From: Verrucomicrobiota bacterium
Lineage (GTDB): Bacteria; Verrucomicrobiota; Verrucomicrobiia; Limisphaerales; J093
Direction of reading: 5' to 3'
Assembly: GCA_050012855.1 (NCBI GenBank)
Contig: JBEKGJ010000001.1
Coordinates: forward strand, 76,188 to 140,187
DNA length: 64,000 nucleotides
The position numbers were made by a program, and so were the translations under genes. Below, piece after piece: positions 48,936 to 58,978 of this stretch. Each line of letters begins with the position of its first letter. Position 1 is the first letter of the stretch. The notes beneath the pieces are model-generated. The model was not told the DNA's origin. It saw only the letters and a program-made list of their open reading frames with translations, and did not search any database.

Positions 48936-50033
48936 TCAATTCCCCGAGGTCCACGTCAGCTCGAGGACGCCGCTGGAAAGCCCGGCGCCCGATATGCCCA
49001 GCAGGTTGACACAGCCGTTGAGGCGGTAGAACTGCGGTGTGGCGGGCGCCTGCAACGTAATCGTCTTCGCCGATGAATCCACCGTTGCATTGGTCACCAC
49101 CATGAACGGTCCGTTCACGGCATCCGCCGCCTCCAATATCGGCACCGCCTCCCGGCCGTCGTACTGGGTGATGATGTTCTTTATCCAGCTCAGGCGACTG
49201 GCGACGCGCGTAGCGTAAAAAGCCGACGGCCCGTTGCCAGCCACCAGCCAATCCGTCCCGGATTCCTCGTAGAAACCGCTCTGCTCGAACAAGGCGGCAT
49301 AAAAACCGGGGCCGCTTGCGACATAGTTGAACGGGCCGTCCACGGCGAAGTTGATTCCGGCGAGAGCCCAACCAGACGAACCCTGCATAAAAACGGCTCC
49401 GCCCGAATCCCCGGTCGCCAACGCCGCCACGTTCGCGCCGCCGTTCGGATCGAACAGCACCTTGAGCAAATCCGACCCGTTCCCCGAGTCCTTGATGAAG
49501 CCGCCAACCGTGTTGTATCCCCACCGCAACCGCTTGTCGGTCTCGCCCCACGCCCAACCCCGCAGCGTCACCTGGCCGTTGTTCGTAACCGTGACTTCGC
49601 CCCCCCGGGTCCGGCCGCGACCGAACACGACACACGGACGGTAAATCTCGAGCGGAACCCCCGTATAGAGCGGCGCAAAGCGCGGGAACGTGCCGCACAC
49701 CTGCCAGATCATCAGGTCGCTGATCGGGTCCGGGAACGCCGCCACCGCGCGATGGTCCGTGCCGTTGTAGGAGAAAACGTCGCCGACGCTTCCGCCGACA
49801 TGCTGGGCGGTAAGAAACAGGTTGGTGCCAATGGGCGTGCCGCCGAACCCATGCCAGTTGCCCTGCCATTGCCAGCCACTGTTGGTCAGGCTGCCGGTGG
49901 GTGGCGTCGCGTTGTAGTTCGTGTCGCCGCTCGCATAGAAGATCATCGCCGCCGCCCGCGGGGCGGAGAACCCCAGCAGCACGGCCAGCACCCATCTGCA
50001 GAACTTCGCCTGGACCCTTCCCATGTCCGCCAT
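48936..50033 (-). CDS. secreted trypsin-like (S1) serine peptidase
   Basis: ATG at 50033 with a signal peptide. LTAQHVGG (His), ATGDSGGAVF (Ser). C-terminal ...PQFYRLNG... Confidence 0.75.
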   Translation of the reverse strand: MADMGRVQAKFCRWVLAVLLGFSAPRAAAMIFYASGDTNYNATPPTGSLTNSGWQWQGNWHGFGGTPIGTNLFLTAQHVGGSVGDVFSYNGTDHRAVAAFPDPISDLMIWQVCGTFPRFAPLYTGVPLEIYRPCVVFGRGRTRGGEVTVTNNGQVTLRGWAWGETDKRLRWGYNTVGGFIKDSGNGSDLLKVLFDPNGGANVAALATGDSGGAVFMQGSSGWALAGINFAVDGPFNYVASGPGFYAALFEQSGFYEESGTDWLVAGNGPSAFYATRVASRLSWIKNIITQYDGREAVPILEAADAVNGPFMVVTNATVDSSAKTITLQAPATPQFYRLNGCVNLLGISGAGLSSGVLELTWTSGN

Positions 50034-50056
50034 GATGCGCCGTAGGCCGGGCCGAT

Positions 50057-51253
50057 TCAAGCGCGGCCGGCGCCCCGGTGGCGCGGAGCCGCGCCGTGAA
50101 ACTCCAGGAAGCTCAGATCGCGCAGCGCCGCCACGCACCGGGCATTCTCCGCCGGCGTCCCCACCGAAATCCGGATCCACTCCGGCAACTGGTATCCGGC
50201 CATCGGTCGGACGATGATGCCCCGCTTTTGCAGCTCGCTGAAGACCTGTTGGCCGTCGCCGACGCGAACCAGGATGAAATTGGCGGCGGAGGGAATGAAC
50301 TCAAGCTGCAGGTCGCGGAAGGCGCGTTCGAAAAACCGCAACCCGGCGCCGTTGTTGGCCTTCGTCCGTCGCCGATGGGAATCGTCGTCGAGCGCCGCGA
50401 GGGCCGCTGCTTGGGCCAGCGAATTGATGTTGAACGGCTGGCGGACCTTTTCCAACGCACCGATGAACCCGGGGTGGCCGACGCCATAACCGAGTCGGAG
50501 TCCGGCCAGACCGTAGATTTTCGAGAAGGTGCGGGCGAGCAGCAGATTCGGGCGCGCCCCCGATCGCACCAGGGGCAGGAGGTCGAGCGGTTCGTCGAGG
50601 AAATCCAGATACGCCTCGTCCACGACGAGCAACGTGTGGGGTGGCGCCTCCCGGACCAACCGTCGCAGCGCGGCGGCGGGGGCGAGGGTGCCGGTCGGGT
50701 TGTTCGGATTGGCCACAAACATGATCCGCGTCCGCGGGGTCACCGCCGCCCGCATCGCCGGCAGGTCATGGCCGTGGGCTTTGGCCGGGACCACCACGAG
50801 TTTGCCGCCGAACAGGGCGGTGACGATCGGATAGACCGCGAAGCAGTATTGCGAGACGACCACCTCGTCACCGGGCTGGATCAACGCGTGGGCCACCAGT
50901 TCGAGCACTTCGTTCGAACCGTTGCCGAGGATCAGATGCTGCGGGGTGACCGACAGCTTCGCGGCCAGGCGGCGCTTGAGGTAAAACGCGTTGCCATCAG
51001 GGTAGAGATGCAACTGCGGGAGCGCGGCCTGCATCGCGGCGAGGGCCTTCGGCGAGGGCCCAAGCGGGTTCTCATTCGAAGCCAGCTTGATGACCTCGGC
51101 CGCCGGCAGCCCGAGTTCCCGGGCCACTTCCTCGATCGGCCGGCCCGGCTGGTAAACCGGCAGGCCCGCGAGAAAAGGACTGAGGGAAAGGGCGGCGGGC
51201 GCCGGAAGGCGGGAGGGGCGCTGTTTTTTTTTCACAACGGTTCGAGATTTCAT
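50057..51253 (-). CDS. hisC: histidinol-phosphate aminotransferase
   Basis: LASNENPLGPSP..., TFSKIYGLAGLRLGYG (PLP Lys). The ATG overlaps the upstream stop. Confidence 0.9.
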   Translation of the reverse strand: MKSRTVVKKKQRPSRLPAPAALSLSPFLAGLPVYQPGRPIEEVARELGLPAAEVIKLASNENPLGPSPKALAAMQAALPQLHLYPDGNAFYLKRRLAAKLSVTPQHLILGNGSNEVLELVAHALIQPGDEVVVSQYCFAVYPIVTALFGGKLVVVPAKAHGHDLPAMRAAVTPRTRIMFVANPNNPTGTLAPAAALRRLVREAPPHTLLVVDEAYLDFLDEPLDLLPLVRSGARPNLLLARTFSKIYGLAGLRLGYGVGHPGFIGALEKVRQPFNINSLAQAAALAALDDDSHRRRTKANNGAGLRFFERAFRDLQLEFIPSAANFILVRVGDGQQVFSELQKRGIIVRPMAGYQLPEWIRISVGTPAENARCVAALRDLSFLEFHGAAPRHRGAGRA

Positions 51254-52413
51254 GTTGAGATCAGGAAAGGCGGTGGTGACGATGGCTGTGCGCCGGCGGC
51301 CGGAACCTCCCGGGGGATTTCCACCGCCTGGATGATGGCCCGCACATCCACGTGCTCGGCAATCAGATCGCGGATGACTTCAATTTTGCGCGTATCGCTG
51401 GGACGGGTCTTGATGGTCACGTCATGCACTTTCGAGGCGACGCGGTACGTCTCCGCCTTGGAAAGCAGCACCGGGAACGGCAGGGCTTCCACCACGCGCA
51501 TGACGCTCGGCGAGGGGCGCTGGCCGCCGGTCAGGAGGATGCCCGCGAGGCCCTCGGTGCCCTGGCCGAAGAGCGTGGTGGCCGCCGCCAGCACGATGTC
51601 CTCCCGGTCCCCCGGAGTGATGACGAGGACGCCTTTCTTGAAATAACAGAGCGCCTGCGGCACGCTCATGGCGCCGACGACGACCTCTTCAACCAGGTTC
51701 ATCATCTGCGTGCTCCGGTTCAGCAACTCGGCCCGCAGCTCCTCCTGGATGAGTTCCATGGTGGGATGCGACAGGAGGTCGAGCAGCGGCAGCACGCCGA
51801 GCAGTTCGAGGCCTTTGCGCTTCAAACCCTGGCGGGCGAACTTGGCGATGTAATCCAGTTTTTCCGGCAGCACCTTGTTCAGAATGACGCCGATGACTTC
51901 GACGCCTTCCTTCTCGAAGAGCGCCTGGTTCACGCAGACCTCGTCAATGGGCCGGCCAATGCCGCCCTGCGAGACGATGATCACTTTGGCGTTCAGCAGC
52001 TTCGCCACCCGCGCATTCGAAAGATCGAACACCGCGCCCACGCCGGCGTGGCCGGAACCTTCGACCAGCACGAACTCCTTCTCCCAGGCCACGCGATCAA
52101 AGGCCTGCTGGATTTTGCCGACCAGAATGTCGTAATTGGCGGACTCGAGGTATTTCCGCGTGAACTCCGGATCGATGGCGATCGGGCTCATGTCCACCAG
52201 CGGGCAGCGGAGCTGATAGACCTTGTCCATCAGGATGGTGTCCTCGTCGATCTTCTGCTCGTCCACGTTGACGAACCGCTGGCCTACCGGCTTGATGTAA
52301 CCGATGCGGCGGAAATGCGCGCGGAGGGCGGAGGCGAGGCCGAGGGACGTGGTGGTCTTGCCCTCGTTTTGCCGCGTGGCTGCGATAAAAACACGCGGAG
52401 TCGTGGTGTTCAT
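51250..52413 (-). CDS. BioD-like P-loop plus DRTGG protein (equivalent to the N-terminal regulatory half of long Pta)
   Basis: VFIAATRQNEGKTTTSLGL...IGYIKPVGQ (BioD-like). VLVITPGDREDIVLAAA (DRTGG). Confidence 0.8.
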   Translation of the reverse strand: MNTTTPRVFIAATRQNEGKTTTSLGLASALRAHFRRIGYIKPVGQRFVNVDEQKIDEDTILMDKVYQLRCPLVDMSPIAIDPEFTRKYLESANYDILVGKIQQAFDRVAWEKEFVLVEGSGHAGVGAVFDLSNARVAKLLNAKVIIVSQGGIGRPIDEVCVNQALFEKEGVEVIGVILNKVLPEKLDYIAKFARQGLKRKGLELLGVLPLLDLLSHPTMELIQEELRAELLNRSTQMMNLVEEVVVGAMSVPQALCYFKKGVLVITPGDREDIVLAAATTLFGQGTEGLAGILLTGGQRPSPSVMRVVEALPFPVLLSKAETYRVASKVHDVTIKTRPSDTRKIEVIRDLIAEHVDVRAIIQAVEIPREVPAAGAQPSSPPPFLIST

Positions 52414-52418
52414 GGAGC

Positions 52419-53471
52419 TTATTCGCCGGGAAGCTTCTGGCCGGCGCCCGGATAAAGCACGGGGTAATCAATCGCCTGAACGCCGACGATGGCGGCGACG
52501 CCGAGGATGTCATGGGCGTTCGAGCCGCGGGAGACGTCGGCCGCGGGGCGGTCGAGGCCAAGGAGGATCTGTCCGTACGCGTTGGCGCGCCCCACCAGCC
52601 GCACCAGTTTGCTGCCGATGTTGCCGGAGTTCAGGTCAGGGAAGATGAGCACGTTCGCCCGCCCCGCCACCTGGCTTTCCGGGACCTTGCGCTGGGCGAT
52701 TTCCGGCACCAGCGCCGCGTCAATCTGGAGTTCACCGTCGAAATCGGCCTCCAACCCCTTCTGCGCCGCCTTCTGCTCCGCCAGCGCCGTCGCGGCCTGC
52801 ACCTTTCCGATGGACGGATGGGTGGCGCTGCCCTTGGTGGAGTAGGACAACAGCCCGACGCGCGGACGCACATTCAACAGATGCCGCGCCAGATCAGCCG
52901 TGGCCACGGCAATGTCGGCAAGCTGATCCACGGTCGGCTCCGGGATCACTCCGCAGTCGGCCATGAACAACACGCCGTTCTCGCCCAGGCGCGAGTCTTC
53001 CACTTCCATGACCATGCAACTCGAGGCGGTGGACGTGTGCGGCGCCACCTTGATGATCTGGAACAACGGACGCAGGACGCTCCCGGTAATCTCGTTCGTG
53101 CCGGAGACCAGGCCATCCGCCTGGTGCATGGCCACCATCATCGCCCCGAAGTAATTCGGCTTGAGCATCGCTTCGCGCGCCTCCTTTTCCTTCACGCCCT
53201 TGGCCCGACGAAGCATCAGGAAACGCTCGACGAACGGCTCGAGCTCCTCGCTCGCGGCGGGGTTGATCACCCGCACCCCTTCAAGCGAGACGTTCAGACT
53301 GGCAGCCATCCGTTTCACCTGGGTCCGGTCGCCCAGCAGGATCGGCGCCCCGAGGCGCAGGGAGTGGAACTGCCGCGCCGCCTGGAGCACGCGGGGTTCG
53401 GTCCCTTCCGGGAACACCACCCGCTTCGGGTGCCGCTGCAGTTTCTCAATGATACTGCCGATGAAACGCAT
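52419..53471 (-). CDS. pta: phosphate acetyltransferase (catalytic PTA_PTB domain only)
   Basis: RVVFPEGTEPRVLQAA..., ADGLVSG, NVLIFPDLNSGNI. Confidence 0.9.
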   Translation of the reverse strand: MRFIGSIIEKLQRHPKRVVFPEGTEPRVLQAARQFHSLRLGAPILLGDRTQVKRMAASLNVSLEGVRVINPAASEELEPFVERFLMLRRAKGVKEKEAREAMLKPNYFGAMMVAMHQADGLVSGTNEITGSVLRPLFQIIKVAPHTSTASSCMVMEVEDSRLGENGVLFMADCGVIPEPTVDQLADIAVATADLARHLLNVRPRVGLLSYSTKGSATHPSIGKVQAATALAEQKAAQKGLEADFDGELQIDAALVPEIAQRKVPESQVAGRANVLIFPDLNSGNIGSKLVRLVGRANAYGQILLGLDRPAADVSRGSNAHDILGVAAIVGVQAIDYPVLYPGAGQKLPGE

Positions 53472-53538
53472 GGAGGGAGCTTAGCGGTGGTGGCCCGATC
53501 TGCAACCCGGATTCGGCGAACCCTTGCGGACCCGCAAT

Positions 53539-54867
53539 TCAGTTCAGCGCCACGCCGCGCCGGATGTATGTGGGGGTGTCGAGATCCTCGCCGCGGTGGA
53601 TGGTGGGCTCGCTCTGGGCGAACCGTCCCTTGGACACCACCTCGAGTGGCAGCACGCCCTGGTGCAACCCCACCGCCTTCTTCCGACGGCCGGCGGTGCC
53701 TGGTGCTTGCCGGTTCAGGAGACGTTCGGCCATCTCCGGCGTCAATTCCGGCGGCGGCGCGACGTACCGCTGCGCCGGCCGCGACTCGGTGGTGGTCCCC
53801 TCGCGCGGCTCCATCCCGCTCACCGGAAACTCCGCCGCCGGGGGAGCCGCCTCGACGCCCACGACGGAAAGGCCCGGGCTCGCCGCCTCCGCAGGACTGC
53901 GCCGCGCCGCCACCACGGTCAGCGACAAGCGGCCCTCGAACTCGGCGTCCACGGCGGCGCCAACGATCACCTCGGCGTTTTCGCACAGCCGGTTGATCTG
54001 GTCCATCATCTGGTTGACCTCGCGCTGCTTGAGATCCGTGCCACTGGCGATGCTGACCAGCACGGCATCGGCCTCCGCCAACAGCCGGCCGTTGTCGAGC
54101 ATCGGGCTTGTCTGGAGTTGCTCGACCACCTCGCGGGCCCGGTTCTCGCCCCGGGCCTCGGCTGTGGCAAAGCAGCTCTCGGCCTGCCGGCCGCGGACAA
54201 CCCGGCAGAGGTCGGCGAAATCGGCCTTCACGAGGCCGTCGCGCGCAATCATCCGCCACAGCCCGCGCACGCCCTGGACCAGCATCTCGTTGGTGATCCG
54301 GAACGTCTCGAGCAACGTCGTGTTCTCGTCCATCAGCCGCGTCACCTTCTGGTTCGGCAGGCAGATCACCGCATCCGCGGCTTTCTTGAGCTGCTGGAGG
54401 GCCTGTTGGGCCTGCTGTTGCCGGCGGGCGCCTTCGAAGTCGAACGGCAGGGCCGCCAGGGCGAGGACCAGGGCGCCGCTTTCGCGGGCCAGGCGCGCCA
54501 GCACCGGCGCCGAACCGGAACCCGTCCCTTTTCCCAGTCCGGTGACGATCAAGAGCAGGTCCACACCAGCACAAAGCTCGCGCAGCGCCGCGGTGCCGGC
54601 TTCGGCCGCCGCGCGGCCGATCTCAGGATCGCCTCCGGCGCCCAACCCGCGGGTCAGCGTGGCCCCGAGGAGGAGTTTTCGCTCCAGGGGCGAGGCGCTC
54701 AGCAGGCGGGCATCCGTATGCACGGCGGCATAGGCAAGCTCGCTCAGCCCGGCCGCAGCCATCGCGGCGGCAGCCTGCAGGCCCGCGCCACCCACACCAA
54801 CAACCAGAACCGTGGGGGTGTGCTTGGCGCCGGACATGGGTGCGGCAGATGAAGTTTCGGTATTCAT
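53539..54867 (-). CDS. ftsZ: cell division protein FtsZ (divergent)
   Basis: VVGVGGAG..., tubulin signature LLIVTGLGKGTGSGSAPV, long Pro/Ala-rich linker and conserved C-terminal peptide DLDTPTYIRR. Confidence 0.9.
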   Translation of the reverse strand: MNTETSSAAPMSGAKHTPTVLVVGVGGAGLQAAAAMAAAGLSELAYAAVHTDARLLSASPLERKLLLGATLTRGLGAGGDPEIGRAAAEAGTAALRELCAGVDLLLIVTGLGKGTGSGSAPVLARLARESGALVLALAALPFDFEGARRQQQAQQALQQLKKAADAVICLPNQKVTRLMDENTTLLETFRITNEMLVQGVRGLWRMIARDGLVKADFADLCRVVRGRQAESCFATAEARGENRAREVVEQLQTSPMLDNGRLLAEADAVLVSIASGTDLKQREVNQMMDQINRLCENAEVIVGAAVDAEFEGRLSLTVVAARRSPAEAASPGLSVVGVEAAPPAAEFPVSGMEPREGTTTESRPAQRYVAPPPELTPEMAERLLNRQAPGTAGRRKKAVGLHQGVLPLEVVSKGRFAQSEPTIHRGEDLDTPTYIRRGVALN

Positions 54868-54885
54868 GGGACCTCTGGAAATGCT

Positions 54886-56112
54886 TCAGTCGCGCTGGAG
54901 AATCTGGGTGAGGGTGGACTTCACCCGGTTCAGCCAGGGACCGCGGCGGCGATGCCGGCCCTGCTGGAAGGAACCGAACTTGACCAGGCCGATGGCCGCG
55001 GCGAATTCCGGCTGATCCAGGGTGGCGACGAGTCCGCTGATGGTCTTGGTGCGGCCCAGGTAAACCGGCAGCCCGAAGACGCGTCCGCCCAAAAGCTGGA
55101 TTTCCGGGATACGCGCCCCGCCCCCACAGAGAAACACACCGGCCCGCAGATAGTCGAGCAGACCGGCGTTCTCGACCTCGTCGGCGATGATTTCAAAAAT
55201 CTCCTCGACCCGCAGCGACATGATCCGTCGCAGGTGCTCGAGGTTGAGCGAGCGCTCCGGCAGGCCGTGGTCATTGGCGAGCCCCACGGTCTGCCCCTTC
55301 ACCGCCGGGTCCACGATGGCGCTGCCATGCTCGATCTTCAACGCCTCCGCGCGGCTCATCGAAAGCTTCAACCCGTAGGCCAGGTCATTCGAAACGTGGT
55401 CGCCGCCGACCGCCAGGACGCCGGTATGCTTGATGATGCCGTTGGCGTAAACGACGTACTCGGTCACCCCGGCGCCCAGATCAATGACCAGCGCGCCCAA
55501 CTCCTTTTCCTGCGCGTCGAGCACCGCCAGCGAGGAGGCCAGGCCGTTGAAGACGATGTCTTCGACCTCGAGCTGCAGGCCCTTCACGACCCGGATCGGG
55601 TTCTGCAGCCGGTTGGTGACGCCGTGGACGACATGAACGTCCACCTCCAGGTGCGCCCCCAACATGCCGACGGGGTTGACGATGCCCTCCTGGCCATCCA
55701 CAATGAAGTGTTGGCGGACGACGTGGCCCACATGATTCTCGGCCGGCAGGTTGATCGCCTTGGCATTTTTCACCACGTCCTGCACGTCTTCCTCGGTGAT
55801 GTCGCGGTCAACGGAGGGAATGTTGTGCCGCCCCCGGTTGTTGAAGCCGCGGATGTGCGCGCCGGTGACCCCCAGATAGACGCTCCGCACCTCGACATCC
55901 GCCATCTGCTCCGCCTCGGCGATGGCATTGCGGATGTCCTCGGCGGCGGAGGTCGCGTCCACGATCTCGCCCTTGCGGACGCCGCGCGAGCGCGCCTGGC
56001 CCACGCCGATGATGGTGAGCGTGCCTTCCGGGCTGACGTCGCCGACGACGGCACAGACCTTGGACGTGCCGACTTCCAGACCGACGATCAGGTTGGAACT
56101 GGAGTTAAACAT
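54886..56112 (-). CDS. ftsA: cell division protein FtsA
   Basis: ATG at 56112. LIVGLEVGTSKVCAVVG, actin-fold motifs VIDLGAGVTE, LCGGGARIP. Confidence 0.9.
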   Translation of the reverse strand: MFNSSSNLIVGLEVGTSKVCAVVGDVSPEGTLTIIGVGQARSRGVRKGEIVDATSAAEDIRNAIAEAEQMADVEVRSVYLGVTGAHIRGFNNRGRHNIPSVDRDITEEDVQDVVKNAKAINLPAENHVGHVVRQHFIVDGQEGIVNPVGMLGAHLEVDVHVVHGVTNRLQNPIRVVKGLQLEVEDIVFNGLASSLAVLDAQEKELGALVIDLGAGVTEYVVYANGIIKHTGVLAVGGDHVSNDLAYGLKLSMSRAEALKIEHGSAIVDPAVKGQTVGLANDHGLPERSLNLEHLRRIMSLRVEEIFEIIADEVENAGLLDYLRAGVFLCGGGARIPEIQLLGGRVFGLPVYLGRTKTISGLVATLDQPEFAAAIGLVKFGSFQQGRHRRRGPWLNRVKSTLTQILQRD

Positions 56113-57085
56113 GCTTTTCACGCGGTTTCCGGTTGAGGGTGGGTTTGACGGCTTTGCCCGGCCCCGGCGGGGCGGCGAGATCCTCCACCCACAGCACCGG
56201 GCAGTTGTTGGTGACCGACAGGTCAAGCGAGGCGATGGTCCGGGACAGTTTCTGCGCCGCATCGCACACGACCGACCACCGGCGGAGTGGCAGGGCAAAA
56301 TCGCCGACACCCAGCGTAACCATGCTGCCCTCGGTCGTCGTCAGTTCGACAATCCCCGGCTCCGCCACATTGACTGACTCCAATTTCACCCGCTCCGCCA
56401 TGGGCGACTGGGCGAAGGCGCCGATTAACTTGAGCGCATTCCGGCTCGGGCTGGCCGCCGGCAGCAGCCGGCCGTCCGCGAGGTCCCCGTTGGCCGCGCC
56501 CCGGATGACTGGCAAGGCGGCCAGCGCCTGGCGTTTCGCATCGGACACGGCGCGGTCCGGCAGTTGGGGCATCACCATTCCCTGCGCGTCCAGATAGTGG
56601 ACCGCGGGCAACAGCGTGCCGTCATCGGCGCTGAACAGGCCTTCCACCTGCGCCACCGGCCTGCGTTCGTGAATGCGCAGCCGCAACAGGTGGGGCCAGA
56701 CGCGCTCGACAGACACCGTTTCAATCTGGGGCACGACCGACAAATCTCCCCGCAGTCGCGCCGGATCAACCCGCAAAAGATTCTCCCCCTCCGCCAGACC
56801 GGTCCATTTCCGCACCTGCTCCCGCGTCACCCAGTCGCCGTCCGTGATGATCTCGATGGTCTTCAGGGCGAACCACGGACTGTCCAGGATGAACCGCGCG
56901 CGCGCCTGGTTCCAGAGGCCGCCCGCCACCAGCGCGACCACGGTCATCACCACCGCCCACAGAAGAGCCCGGACCAACAGGCGCCGCTGCGACCGCTTCA
57001 GCGGCTCTGCCCGCAGGCGCACGTCGAGCACTTCCGTGCGCTCGAACCGCCGGTTCCTGGATTTGCGTCGCCAAAAAAACGTCAT
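56105..57085 (-). CDS. ftsQ: cell division protein FtsQ (POTRA)
   Basis: ATG at 57085. N-terminal TM helix, then POTRA-like FALKTIEIITDGDWVTREQV. Position between ddl and ftsA. Confidence 0.8.
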   Translation of the reverse strand: MTFFWRRKSRNRRFERTEVLDVRLRAEPLKRSQRRLLVRALLWAVVMTVVALVAGGLWNQARARFILDSPWFALKTIEIITDGDWVTREQVRKWTGLAEGENLLRVDPARLRGDLSVVPQIETVSVERVWPHLLRLRIHERRPVAQVEGLFSADDGTLLPAVHYLDAQGMVMPQLPDRAVSDAKRQALAALPVIRGAANGDLADGRLLPAASPSRNALKLIGAFAQSPMAERVKLESVNVAEPGIVELTTTEGSMVTLGVGDFALPLRRWSVVCDAAQKLSRTIASLDLSVTNNCPVLWVEDLAAPPGPGKAVKPTLNRKPREKHV

Positions 57086-57089
57086 GTTC

Positions 57090-58013
57090 TCAGCCACCGT
57101 TCGTGGCCCGCGGATGCTTCAACGCCAGCTCAACCATCCTCCCGCACAGAGCCGGAAAGTCCAGGCCGACCGCACCGGCCGCCTTCGGAAACAGGCTCAA
57201 CTCGGTCATCCCCGGCAGGGTGTTCACTTCGAGCACGACCGGCGACCCGTCCGGCCGCACCATCACGTCCACCCGTCCGTAATCGCGGCCGCCGACCGCC
57301 CGGAACGCCCCCAGCGCCGCGGCCTGGATGGCGGCGGTCGTGGTTGCATCGAACGGCGCCGGCACCAGGTACTCGGTGGCGCCGCTCGTGTATTTGCTGT
57401 GATAATCGTAGCCGCCGCGCTTCGGCCGCACTTCGACCACCGGCAGGGCGCGGTCCTCGAGGATGCCCACGGTCGCCTCGCGGCCGAGAATGCGCTCCTC
57501 CATCAGCACGTCCGAATCGAACCGCAGCGCCTCGCGCAAAGCCGGCGCGAACGCCCCCGGTTCGTCCACGAATTGCAGGCCGACGCTGGAGCCCTGGCGG
57601 ACGGGCTTCAACACCACCGGGGGCTGCCAGCCCGCCGGCCACGCGGCCATGGGCGCGCCGAAAACCACGAAGCGCCCCGTGGGCACTCCGGCGGCTACGC
57701 ACCGATCCTTGGTCGCCACCTTGTCGAAGGCGAGCCGGCTCGCCGCCGCGTCGCAGCCGGTGTAGGGCACTCCGAGTTCGTCAAGCTGACCCTGCACCGT
57801 GCCATCTTCGCCGTAGGTCCCGTGGAGCGCCAGAAACACAGCCTCGGTGCCCGCGGGCAGGACCCATCCCCGGCCGTCGCCCGGATCCAGGGTGGACACC
57901 GCATGTCCAAGGCTGGTGAGCGCCCGGGCCACCGCCGCGCCGGAACGCAGGGACACCTCGCGCTCGGCCGACGGGCCTCCCGCCATGACGGTGATTCTCC
58001 AGGTCCGCGTCAT
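57090..58013 (-). CDS. ddl: D-alanine--D-alanine ligase
   Basis: GGPSAEREVSLRSG..., LHGTYGEDGTVQG, ATP-grasp VEVNTLPGMT. Confidence 0.9.
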   Translation of the reverse strand: MTRTWRITVMAGGPSAEREVSLRSGAAVARALTSLGHAVSTLDPGDGRGWVLPAGTEAVFLALHGTYGEDGTVQGQLDELGVPYTGCDAAASRLAFDKVATKDRCVAAGVPTGRFVVFGAPMAAWPAGWQPPVVLKPVRQGSSVGLQFVDEPGAFAPALREALRFDSDVLMEERILGREATVGILEDRALPVVEVRPKRGGYDYHSKYTSGATEYLVPAPFDATTTAAIQAAALGAFRAVGGRDYGRVDVMVRPDGSPVVLEVNTLPGMTELSLFPKAAGAVGLDFPALCGRMVELALKHPRATNGG

Positions 58014-58978
58014 CCGATGGGGCCCTTTCCGCTGGCGCCGGGCTCGTCCGCGCCAATGATTTCCACCTCGGTTTCGAGTTCGATCCCCCGCTCCGACCGT
58101 GCCCGGTCCTGCACCTGCGCAATCAGCGCCAGCACGTCCCGCGCCGTGGCGTTGCCCGTGTTGACGATGAAATTCGCGTGGACGTCCGAAACCACGGCGC
58201 CGCCCACACGCAGGCCCTTGAGACCCAGCTCGTCAACGAGACGGCCGGCGGGAATGGTCGCAGGATTCTTGAAAATACAGCCTGCGCTTGGCTGGGGCGG
58301 CTGACTCTCCCAGCGCTTGCGGTTGAAGGTCTCCCTTCGCTGCCGGATGAGCTCAGCGTCCGCCGGCTCGCCCCGGAACCAGGCCATGAGGGCAATGTGG
58401 TCAGCCAACCAGGGACAGCCGCGGTACCGCACGGGCACATCGGCGGCGGGACGTTCCCCCACGGTACCGTCTGGCGCCATGAACCGCACGCGCTCCACAA
58501 CATCGAATGTCCCGGCGTTCATCGCCCCGGCGTTCATCCGCAACGCGCCGCCCACACTGCCGGGAATGCCCTCCAGAAACTCCAGCCCGCCCAAGCCCAG
58601 ACGCCGCGCCTCGATGGCCACGGTCTTCAACTTCGCGCCGCCGCCCGCCCGCAAAATCCGTCCCTGCGCCACGACCTGCGTGAAGCTCGGGTGCGCCAGA
58701 CAAATGACCACGCCACGGATCCCGCCATCGCGCACGAGGAGGTTGGAACCGCGGCCCAGCAGGACGCGGGACAAACCGTGCTCGCGGCAGAACCCGAGCA
58801 CGGCGGCCAGGTCCTCCTCCGAACCCGGCTCGACGTAAAGGTCCGCCGGACCGCCCACGCGCAAGGTGGTGCGATTCGCCAGGAGTTCGGCCGGACGGAC
58901 GATCGCCCCGGCCGAAAGCCGCGCCGCGAGGGCGCCAGCCAGGTTGGCGGTCTCGATCGGGGAGGCGGAAGCAATCAT
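58010..58978 (-). CDS. murB: UDP-N-acetylenolpyruvoylglucosamine reductase
   Basis: ORF 58010..59968 trimmed to the ATG at 58978 (overlaps the murG stop, ATGA). TTLRVGGPADLYVEP, LLGRGSNLLV. Confidence 0.9.
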   Translation of the reverse strand: MIASASPIETANLAGALAARLSAGAIVRPAELLANRTTLRVGGPADLYVEPGSEEDLAAVLGFCREHGLSRVLLGRGSNLLVRDGGIRGVVICLAHPSFTQVVAQGRILRAGGGAKLKTVAIEARRLGLGGLEFLEGIPGSVGGALRMNAGAMNAGTFDVVERVRFMAPDGTVGERPAADVPVRYRGCPWLADHIALMAWFRGEPADAELIRQRRETFNRKRWESQPPQPSAGCIFKNPATIPAGRLVDELGLKGLRVGGAVVSDVHANFIVNTGNATARDVLALIAQVQDRARSERGIELETEVEIIGADEPGASGKGPIG

